Shown: positions 56,404-64,000 of the stretch, in pieces
How positions within the stretch are numbered: position 1 is the first letter of the stretch
How the letters are laid out: every line of letters starts with the position of its first letter
Assembly: GCA_964519305.1 (NCBI GenBank)
Contig: CAZFHY010000003.1
Location: forward strand, 125,249-189,248
Direction: 5' to 3'
DNA length: 64,000 bases
From: Candidatus Undinarchaeota archaeon
Lineage (GTDB): Archaea > SpSt-1190 > JASMDC01
Notes under the pieces: model-generated
What the model was told of the DNA's origin: nothing
The model's database searches: none
The model's input: the letters and a program-made list of their open reading frames with translations, nothing else
Translations under genes and position numbers: made by a program

Positions 56404-59148
56404 ATGCAGACCATTAAGAAAGGAATCAAGCGCATGGCCGCCTTGGCGGGCAGCGCTCTAATGCTGGGATCTACCATTGCGGCTCCCGCCCTCTCTGCGA
56501 ACCTCTCGGACTTCCCCGGGATGTACATAAAGGACGGCGAGCTCAAGTCCACTATAGTGGTCGGTAAGGTCGCAGCCACCGCCGACGTCGTGGGTGCCGT
56601 GAACATTGCGGCCGCCATGGCTCAGGCTACCCATAAGAAGGCCACCATCTCCGGCGGAGGTGCTGGTTCTGCGAAACTGACCAAGACGGATGTCGCGGGT
56701 CTTATCCACGACTTCGCCCTTGCCGCTGACGGTAAGGGTACCGACGATGAGAAGGTGGACATCTGCTTCGCCGACTTTAAGGAGGGTTTCCTTGAGGAGA
56801 CCGCGAACCTTATTGAGGGTCTTCACGACTACCACGGCATGCCTATGCTTCAGGATGTCTATGTGAACCCTGCCGGAGAGCCTGATGACTCGTTCCGTGT
56901 GTACGACATCATCACCTTCGACACCACGAAGCTCGGTTCCTCTGGTAACCTTGGTTTCACCATCGACAAGAACGTGCTTAGGTTCTCGGTCGCTGCGAGC
57001 TCCCTTAAGTACAAGGTGTTCATCGAGTCGCCCACGGACGTGGACTACGACCGTGACAACACCGAGGGTAACGACCACGTCGACGACTACGCCAACTACA
57101 CGATCTCCGGTAAGGGAGATTCGACCAACGGCGGTCTTGGTGTGGACAACTACCTACCCATGAAGATCTTCGGGCACGACGTCCGCCTGTCGGACTTCGA
57201 CGCCGTTGACAACAATGACAATGCTGCGACCCCGAAGTTCGTCATCCTTATGGGTGACAAGAAGGTCATCCACAAGGGCAAGACCACCGAGTACAAGGGT
57301 TACAAGATCACCCTGAACGACGTGGCCTCCGGGTCCAACACCGCGTTCTTCGAGATCGTGGACCCCTCCGGGCAGACCCATATGTTCTCGCCCAACTACG
57401 ACGATGTGCACAAGACCACCCCTGCTACCATCAGCAAGAAGATCAGTGAGTTCACCATCGAGATCAGGCCCGACACCTGGAACTCGCTCTCCACTGCTGA
57501 GGTCTGGATGGGCTTTGGTGACATCGAGCGCACCGTCACTGACGGTAAGAAGTGGAAGGACAACACCAACAAGGAGACCGACTGGGAGCTCGAGAACCTC
57601 TGCTGTGAGGTAAGCTCGACTGTCATCAAGGGTACCGCGGGTTGTGCCAACTACGGGACCGAGGGTCTTGGAACCGACGACGGTCGCACTTGTATCATCG
57701 AGTACAAGTACACCAAGGACAAGAAGGGCTCAAGCAAGGGACTCGCCAAGGACGAGTACATCAGCTCGCCCGACGACAAGTGGAAGCTCCAGTTCCACGG
57801 TCTTAACGTGGACGAGGATGCCATGGGTGACTTCAAGGTCATCTGGTCCACCTCCGTCAACTCTCCCTTCGACAAGAAGGGCGAGGACTTCGAGTACATG
57901 GACGGATACCGCATCGTCCCGCCGGAGGGTGCTACCTTCCTGCTGGACAACAAGAAGCCTGTGGCCGAGATCTTCGTGGGTCTGGCCCAGGACGCCCTGA
58001 CCACGGCCGAGCACAGCCGCGACTGTGACGGTGCTGGTCAGTTCACCAAGGAGTCCGGCAATGCCGAGACATCCGAGGCGAACCCGTCCCGTATCGACGA
58101 CGCTTGTACCTTTATCAACTACAAGGAGAACGCTGACGACGACGACTACAAGTTCTACAAGCTGCTCAGTGAGCTGAGTGGTACGGCGTACACGACGACC
58201 AACTCGAACCTTGGTTCTGTTGGTAACACTGGAGCTGCTGGTGAAGACGGACCTAAAGTGCTGCTTCTGGCCAAGATGTACTACGGTACTGCGATCTACC
58301 AGCTCGGTATTACGCAGGAAGAATCCGCCAATGCTATCATCGGGACTGACAATCTTGCTCAGGACGAGGGTACGCTCTACATTGCCAGTGAGGAGGAGGG
58401 CTCCGCGAAGATTCAGTTCATCGTGGGCTTCGACTTCGCGCACACGGCCGCTAAGGACGAGACCGGTATCGAAGAGATCAACCTCTACAAGACTAGCGGT
58501 GGTATCGGCTCTACGCTCGGTACACAGAAGGAGGACCAGGTTGGTAACTACGGTATCATCGCCAAGTCCCCCGAGGACGCTCTCGAGGCCGGCGACGTGA
58601 TACTGAAGATGGCCAAGATGGACGTCCGCGGTCTTGTGTCGCTGAACGCTGGTGTGACCGAAGACATAAAGGAACTCAAGAAGGGCGACAAGGTGGGCGA
58701 GTTCACCGTTGCTGACATCATACCCGATGTCCCCAGCGGCGACTACTACACCTACAGCAACATCGCTGTGCCCGTGGCCCTGCTTGACTCCGAGGTCTCG
58801 GACCCGACCTCTGCCATGTACGGGGACTTCGTCCTCGTGGGCGGCCCTTCGGCCAACGCCCTTGTGCAGGAACTCGGCTTCACCAAGTGGGACTTCTGTG
58901 ACGACGCTGACCAGGCGCTTCCCTGTGACGCTCCGATCGCCTTGATCGAGCTCAAGGAGGATGCCTTCACTGTCGGCAAGAAGGCTATCGTGGCTGGTGG
59001 CTGGGAGGCTGAGCACACCCGTGCGGCGTGCTACATCCTTCAGCACTACTACGACTACGAGGACAAGCTAACTGGAACCAGCCTGAAGTTCAAGACGGCT
59101 GCGTCCGTGGCTCTGCCCATCGAGGCCGCAGACATCTCCTTCGCGTAA
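56404..59148 (+). CDS. S-layer protein (Methanococcales/Thermococcales-type S_layer_N and S_layer_C domains)
   Basis: IKRMAALAGSALMLGST, IVVGKVAATADVVGAVNIAA, VALLDSEV, VLVGGPSANALV and IVAGGWEAEHTRAA. Strong codon bias typical of highly expressed genes. Confidence 0.92.
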   Translation: MQTIKKGIKRMAALAGSALMLGSTIAAPALSANLSDFPGMYIKDGELKSTIVVGKVAATADVVGAVNIAAAMAQATHKKATISGGGAGSAKLTKTDVAGLIHDFALAADGKGTDDEKVDICFADFKEGFLEETANLIEGLHDYHGMPMLQDVYVNPAGEPDDSFRVYDIITFDTTKLGSSGNLGFTIDKNVLRFSVAASSLKYKVFIESPTDVDYDRDNTEGNDHVDDYANYTISGKGDSTNGGLGVDNYLPMKIFGHDVRLSDFDAVDNNDNAATPKFVILMGDKKVIHKGKTTEYKGYKITLNDVASGSNTAFFEIVDPSGQTHMFSPNYDDVHKTTPATISKKISEFTIEIRPDTWNSLSTAEVWMGFGDIERTVTDGKKWKDNTNKETDWELENLCCEVSSTVIKGTAGCANYGTEGLGTDDGRTCIIEYKYTKDKKGSSKGLAKDEYISSPDDKWKLQFHGLNVDEDAMGDFKVIWSTSVNSPFDKKGEDFEYMDGYRIVPPEGATFLLDNKKPVAEIFVGLAQDALTTAEHSRDCDGAGQFTKESGNAETSEANPSRIDDACTFINYKENADDDDYKFYKLLSELSGTAYTTTNSNLGSVGNTGAAGEDGPKVLLLAKMYYGTAIYQLGITQEESANAIIGTDNLAQDEGTLYIASEEEGSAKIQFIVGFDFAHTAAKDETGIEEINLYKTSGGIGSTLGTQKEDQVGNYGIIAKSPEDALEAGDVILKMAKMDVRGLVSLNAGVTEDIKELKKGDKVGEFTVADIIPDVPSGDYYTYSNIAVPVALLDSEVSDPTSAMYGDFVLVGGPSANALVQELGFTKWDFCDDADQALPCDAPIALIELKEDAFTVGKKAIVAGGWEAEHTRAACYILQHYYDYEDKLTGTSLKFKTAASVALPIEAADISFA

Positions 59149-59164
59149 GACAGGAGATTAAGGA

Positions 59165-59210
59165 TTCCCTCCGCGCTTCGGCGCGGGGGGAATTCTTTCC
59201 CTTTTTTTTT
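59165..59210 (+). terminator. Hairpin (cUUCGg loop) plus T-tract terminator after the S-layer gene
   Basis: TTCCCTCCGCGC-TTCG-GCGCGGGGGGAA followed by a T9 run. Confidence 0.85.
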
Positions 59211-59281
59211 AGGCCCTTCTGAAAAAGGGTGGGCGCTGCCTCTAGCTATAGATTAAAAGGATGAGCGCGACCTAGTTGTTA

Positions 59282-62200
59282 ATGAATAAATGGAGGTCTG
59301 TTGCGGCGCTCATTATCATGTCGTTAGCGCTTGCAGTAGGCGATATCACAGTGAATTATCGGGTAACGGATGTTTTCGCTCAATGGGAGAGGTTCGAGTT
59401 CTCCATAGATGGTTCGATCACTTCGGGAGGATCACTGTCGATTCCCGAATGCGATGCCGGTATGTGTGAATTTCGGGTATGGCTGGAGACAGGGGACGTC
59501 TCGTTCACTCACGCGCTAGATATAGATAGCACTGATGGAACTAAGAAGGAAGTTCTTGGGCTTCCTAGCTATGAGACAGGTTCATGTGAAGTCGATGTGC
59601 ATAACATCGCATTGGATGACGAGGAGAAAATTACTTTCTACGATGAAATCGCCTGTCAGGATTCATCGAAAGGAGAGATGATATATGAATTCATACTCGA
59701 GAACGAACCCGGTGAAGGTCAGGCACAAGCGAAGGTCAAGTGTTGGTGGACCAATAACGAACCGTTCGACGGAAAGATAGAATTCACGGTCCAGAAAGGA
59801 TCCGAGAACGAGGCCACAGGAATTGTGGATTGTGTAGATGGTGAGGCAGAGTTCTTATTTCCTGCCTCAAAGCTCAATAAGGGATTGAACTCGATTATAA
59901 TCGATCCTGTGGATAGTAATCAATACAATCTTTGCATTGTACATTTAGACGCGAGTAAGGAAATCAGATCATTTATACCGATTATTAAACCTTGGGAAGG
60001 CGGATCAGTTGGGCTTAAGAGCTACATTGCTACAATAAACCTTCCGGTAAGACGACTATCAACAGGGAATATGTTCGTAACGGATACTCAAAACAAGCTT
60101 AGGACTGAAACAACACCACGGGATTTTGCTTTCGGATGTACAGAGTTCGATGGAATACGCGTATCTTCAACAATGTCGCTAGGTAGTCTTACATCAGGTA
60201 ATATGGCCATATTCTTCACACCAGTATTAGATGGTTGTGGTGCTAATGCTAGTCCTCCGACATTGATCGTTCCTAGTACACCCACTGGAAAGGTATGGTT
60301 AGGTAACGATTTAGTAAACGAAGGCACGATCAATGGTACATCACTTGATTTCACTGAAGGGACAGCCATTCACATGATCAGCCTGGAAGGTGAGGCTGAT
60401 TCAACAGTGGGCTATTATTCTAATGCAGAGATGGCAGCTCCAGTATCATTAGTATCGTCTTTCTTCTCAGCTCACGTAACTGGCACGAGCGGAGTGACCG
60501 ATCCATACGACGCGATATCAAAAGGGCTAATCTTTAACGCTGTACCAGGTGAGATCAGCTACGGTTGGTGCATGGGTGTCACCGGAATCCGTGAATGCCC
60601 ACCGTCACCGGGCTTCACGAAGACCTACTCCGCAAGCGAGCTAGATGGCCGTGAGCTATCAGTCACCTCTTATGGTGGAAGAGTATCGATGAACGTATCC
60701 TGTTCGCTCACATCGACACCGACGTCCTTCACGGTGAACGAGCGAACGCTCACACCCGGGCAGCACATCATACCGTACTCACCTACCCTCTCTATTACCG
60801 CCGACCGCGCGGGCACTGCTGACGTATCGGTCACTCTTCTTGGCAATCGCACTGACACGGTCACCATGACCGCATCCCACGATGCGGCATCCAATGTCAT
60901 GCGATACACGCTGACCATCATGCTCAAACAGAGTGACGAGGGTGCATGGGTGACCGCTGACCTCGGTCTCGATCCATCGAAGGTCAGGACTGACACGTCC
61001 ACCGTCATCTGTGGTGCAACGAGTCGCACATTGAACTATACGGGCACCACACTGACCCTCTCTCCTGAAGATGTCGCCGCGTGCATGTCCACAGGTGGTG
61101 TTGAGGTATCCATAGCCACGACAGAATGCCTTGCCGGTGACTGCCCATCCTGCACCGAACTTGCAGGGGGCGATGTGTGCCGTGTAGCTCAGGCGGACAG
61201 CGTCCTCGCTGGCACCTGCTGCGGCGGGACCTGCCTCACCGATGGTCTGTCCGGTGATACGTGCGGTGTTGGACAGTGTGTCGGCACCCTTGCGTGCAAT
61301 GCGACCGAAGCGTCATGGTACTGCGCATCGGCTGTGGCAGGGTGCTGTGACGGCGATGTACCCGGTACATGTGACGCGGAAGGGGTGTGCCAGGTGTCCC
61401 CTGGCGGGGCTTGCGCTCCGAAATGTCTTGGGGACAAGAGCGATAAGTTCGTCACATTCGCGTGCCGGGCCGGTGTGTGCGAGGAGGCCGAGTGGAGCGA
61501 CTGTGGTGAGAAGGGCCAGTCATGCATGCCTGCAAAGGGTTGTGTGTCCTGCACGAAGAACGATGACTGTGGTGTAATGTGCGACTACAACGCACCAAGC
61601 GGATTCTACTCTCATGTGACCTATACCTGTGAGAACGAGGCATGCGTACCCCACGGTATACCATGCGGTGGCACGGTCCCGTTCTGCACGCCCAGTGCCG
61701 GATGCCGCGGGTGTGACAACGCAACCGAGTGCAGGTCGATGTTCGGGGATAGCTTCGTCTGCCGTAACAAGGTGTGCGATGACACAAAAGGCGATGGTGT
61801 CTGCGAGAACGCGTTGGATGAGTACTGCGACAGCTCGACCGACTGCGCATGCTCCGATGAAGAGGTGTGCAACCGGGGAGATCCACGCTCGGACTACCGC
61901 GGATGCTTCACGGTGAGCTGCAACGACACATACTGCGACATGACCGTCAGTGATATATTCCTCGAGAAGGACCTGACATTCGACGAGTGTGCAAAAGGCT
62001 GCAAGGGGTGCACTCTGGACGTGTGCGGGAAGGACGGTGCCTGTACCCCCGCGTCCGGCGAGCGCTGCGATACGTCAGCGGACTGTGCGTGCGCTCTGGA
62101 CGAGGTCTGCATGCCCGGCGATCCGCGCTCTACTGAGGGCGATGGGTGCATCAAGCCTGCCTGCGACGACAGTATCTGCGACATCAACCTCACCGATGCT

Positions 62201-63973
62201 GCTTCCAAGCAGAGCGTACAGCTGAACGAGTGCGTGCTCGGGTGCACCGGGTGCAATGTCACTGTGTGCGCGGCAGATCCCGGGTGCAACATCCTTTCGG
62301 GAGAGGACTGCAGCAATTCACCTGACTGCCGGTGCGGTGAGGGCGCGCTTTGCGGTCCGGACGATCCGCGAGCGAACGACGCCGGGTGCTACATACGTCA
62401 GTGCGGTGACGGCGTGTGCGACATCACCCTGGGCGAGTGTACGACCGGGTGCATGGACTGTAACATCACGACATGTCTGGCCGATGTCACGTGCAACGTG
62501 CCCGTGGGAGAGAACTGCGACAACACGGCCGACCAGTGCGCGTGCCCCGCGGGCTGGGAGTGCAGGCCAGACCACGAGGAGGCCACCGAGACCGGGTGCT
62601 ACAACGAGAAGTGCGGTAATGGTGTGTGCGAGCCCGACGAGGGCGAGTGTGCCGGGCGATGCCTTGACTGCGGAGTAGGTGATTGTATAGGTGACGGTGA
62701 GTGCTCGGCGTTCCACCAGGAGACCTGTGGTTCGGCGGCCAAGGACTGCTCGTGCACGGCCGGTCTGATATGCGGTCCTGAGCGCGAGGGGGCCGATCTC
62801 ATGGGCTGCGTGGCGCCCTTCTGCGGCGACGGTGCGTGCGAGGCGGGAGAGGATAGCATCGCCTGCTGCGACGACTGCGGGTGCGATGACGGTTTCGCCT
62901 GCACGGCGAGAAGGTGCGGCCCCGTGTGCGGTGATGGGAACGTTGTTGCAGGAGAGACGGCAGCGACCTGCTGCAAGGACGTGGGATGCTCTGATGGCTA
63001 CACATGCACGGATGACGGTTGCGTCTCCCGGTGCGGTGACGGTGTCTGTACCGAGGACGAGGGCTGGGAGGACTGCTGCACGGACTGCGGTTGCCTTGAT
63101 AGCTACGAATGTACTGCAGGAGTTTGCATACCCATCTGCGGCGACGGTGTGTGCACGAGCGACGAGAGCGGTGACGCTTGCTGCGTGGACTGCGGATGCA
63201 CGGAGGGGCAACGGTGCAAACGGGAGACCCTGAAATGCGTTCCCGCGTGCGGGGACGGGACGTGCGAACTGAGCGACAGTCTGAACGAGTGTGCAGTTTG
63301 CCGCCAGGACTGCACGGTCGACCAGTGCGCGAAGAACGGACGGTGCGACACCGAAGTAGGCGAGCACTGCTCCAACTCACCGGACTGCTCGTGCGATGTC
63401 AGTATCACGCTGGGAAAGGATACAGAGGTCGTCACTCTCTCCCAGAGGGAGGGTGGTAAGGAAGAGGAGAGCGTATCCCTCTTCGTGGGCAACGTGGGTG
63501 AGGCCGATGAGTTCGTTTCGATATCAGTGGAAGGGCCGGAGGGAGTGGTCGCTGCCACCGACCTCCCGCGCGTGCTCCTGAAACCTGACACGCCGTTCCC
63601 CTACAGCTTCAACGTCAGGGCCATGGAACCGGGCAATCATACCGTGACTGTCAGGATAATCCGGGAGCAGGGGCCTGAGGTGGTACGTACAGTGATCGTC
63701 GATGTCGAGGCCCGGTCAATGCTCGACACGATGCTCTGGATGTCCACTATCAAGGACCTCCTTGAGATCCTGTTCCTCCCCATCGTGCTGGTGGGTACCT
63801 TTTACAAAGGTATTGACTGGTACAAGCGTCGGAAGGAAGAGAAAAGGCTCACTGACCAGTACTCGGCGGTACAGCAGCAAACGGCGCCCGGGCAGCAGGC
63901 CACCATGGGGCGGTACGGTCATGGCCAGTACTATGGCAGTGGTTATCACCCGGGTTTGACAGTTCGTTCTTGA
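59282..63973 (+). CDS. Large (~1563-aa) cysteine-rich type I membrane surface protein
   Basis: Signal peptide, beta-rich N-terminal part, a long Cys-repeat region, an Ig-like domain, TM LLEILFLPIVLVGTFY and a Q/G/Y-rich tail. Confidence 0.88.
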   Translation: MNKWRSVAALIIMSLALAVGDITVNYRVTDVFAQWERFEFSIDGSITSGGSLSIPECDAGMCEFRVWLETGDVSFTHALDIDSTDGTKKEVLGLPSYETGSCEVDVHNIALDDEEKITFYDEIACQDSSKGEMIYEFILENEPGEGQAQAKVKCWWTNNEPFDGKIEFTVQKGSENEATGIVDCVDGEAEFLFPASKLNKGLNSIIIDPVDSNQYNLCIVHLDASKEIRSFIPIIKPWEGGSVGLKSYIATINLPVRRLSTGNMFVTDTQNKLRTETTPRDFAFGCTEFDGIRVSSTMSLGSLTSGNMAIFFTPVLDGCGANASPPTLIVPSTPTGKVWLGNDLVNEGTINGTSLDFTEGTAIHMISLEGEADSTVGYYSNAEMAAPVSLVSSFFSAHVTGTSGVTDPYDAISKGLIFNAVPGEISYGWCMGVTGIRECPPSPGFTKTYSASELDGRELSVTSYGGRVSMNVSCSLTSTPTSFTVNERTLTPGQHIIPYSPTLSITADRAGTADVSVTLLGNRTDTVTMTASHDAASNVMRYTLTIMLKQSDEGAWVTADLGLDPSKVRTDTSTVICGATSRTLNYTGTTLTLSPEDVAACMSTGGVEVSIATTECLAGDCPSCTELAGGDVCRVAQADSVLAGTCCGGTCLTDGLSGDTCGVGQCVGTLACNATEASWYCASAVAGCCDGDVPGTCDAEGVCQVSPGGACAPKCLGDKSDKFVTFACRAGVCEEAEWSDCGEKGQSCMPAKGCVSCTKNDDCGVMCDYNAPSGFYSHVTYTCENEACVPHGIPCGGTVPFCTPSAGCRGCDNATECRSMFGDSFVCRNKVCDDTKGDGVCENALDEYCDSSTDCACSDEEVCNRGDPRSDYRGCFTVSCNDTYCDMTVSDIFLEKDLTFDECAKGCKGCTLDVCGKDGACTPASGERCDTSADCACALDEVCMPGDPRSTEGDGCIKPACDDSICDINLTDAASKQSVQLNECVLGCTGCNVTVCAADPGCNILSGEDCSNSPDCRCGEGALCGPDDPRANDAGCYIRQCGDGVCDITLGECTTGCMDCNITTCLADVTCNVPVGENCDNTADQCACPAGWECRPDHEEATETGCYNEKCGNGVCEPDEGECAGRCLDCGVGDCIGDGECSAFHQETCGSAAKDCSCTAGLICGPEREGADLMGCVAPFCGDGACEAGEDSIACCDDCGCDDGFACTARRCGPVCGDGNVVAGETAATCCKDVGCSDGYTCTDDGCVSRCGDGVCTEDEGWEDCCTDCGCLDSYECTAGVCIPICGDGVCTSDESGDACCVDCGCTEGQRCKRETLKCVPACGDGTCELSDSLNECAVCRQDCTVDQCAKNGRCDTEVGEHCSNSPDCSCDVSITLGKDTEVVTLSQREGGKEEESVSLFVGNVGEADEFVSISVEGPEGVVAATDLPRVLLKPDTPFPYSFNVRAMEPGNHTVTVRIIREQGPEVVRTVIVDVEARSMLDTMLWMSTIKDLLEILFLPIVLVGTFYKGIDWYKRRKEEKRLTDQYSAVQQQTAPGQQATMGRYGHGQYYGSGYHPGLTVRS
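61780..63395 (+). repeat. Cys-rich repeat arrays (CGDGxC...E...CCxDCGC and longer ...GExC..S.DC.C.....C...DPR....GC units)
   Basis: Repeated CGDG/CGNG and E-x4-CC-x-DC motifs in the translation. Confidence 0.85.
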
Positions 63974-64000
63974 AAGGCTCGTTTTGATAAACGAAGATGA

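Noticed and set aside
57730-59046. 438-aa antisense ORF over the S-layer gene
   Set aside because: It is a shadow ORF produced by the strong codon bias of the sense gene and has no motifs.
59282-60540. Diversity-generating retroelement target
   Set aside because: No reverse transcriptase or TR/VR repeat pair was seen, and the anomaly is a long N-terminal block rather than a short C-terminal variable region.

Overview
A GC-rich archaeal chromosomal window, judged from Elp3, TruD, type II MetAP, an intron-containing tRNA-Met, an S-layer gene and TATA-box promoters. Class III 'RGQ' signal peptides and giant Cys-rich proteins recall DPANN-type lineages, but the taxonomy is inference only. Housekeeping genes (elp3, sppA, tatAC, an ABC-2 exporter, xth, truD, tsaC, map, rpiA) alternate with several unusual clusters: (i) a psd / PmtA-like methyltransferase / pssA operon that would form a complete route to N-methylated archaetidylethanolamine or archaetidylcholine; (ii) an orphan fwdD-fwdB module co-oriented with Ntn (C45-like) and M42 amidohydrolases, divergent from a RimK/LysX ligase that is followed in frame by an M20 relic; (iii) a stand-alone Rad50 zinc-hook miniprotein; (iv) three tandem STT3/AglB-like GT-C modules lacking WWDYG; (v) a nucleotidyltransferase / PHP / nucleoside-phosphorylase cassette; (vi) about 26 kb of surface-protein genes, including 2846-aa and ~1563-aa Cys-rich proteins with AT-rich 5' segments that flank a KaiC-like ATPase and the S-layer gene. 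I saw no CRISPR array, integrase, transposase or rRNA. All calls come from motif recognition by eye; no database searches were run.
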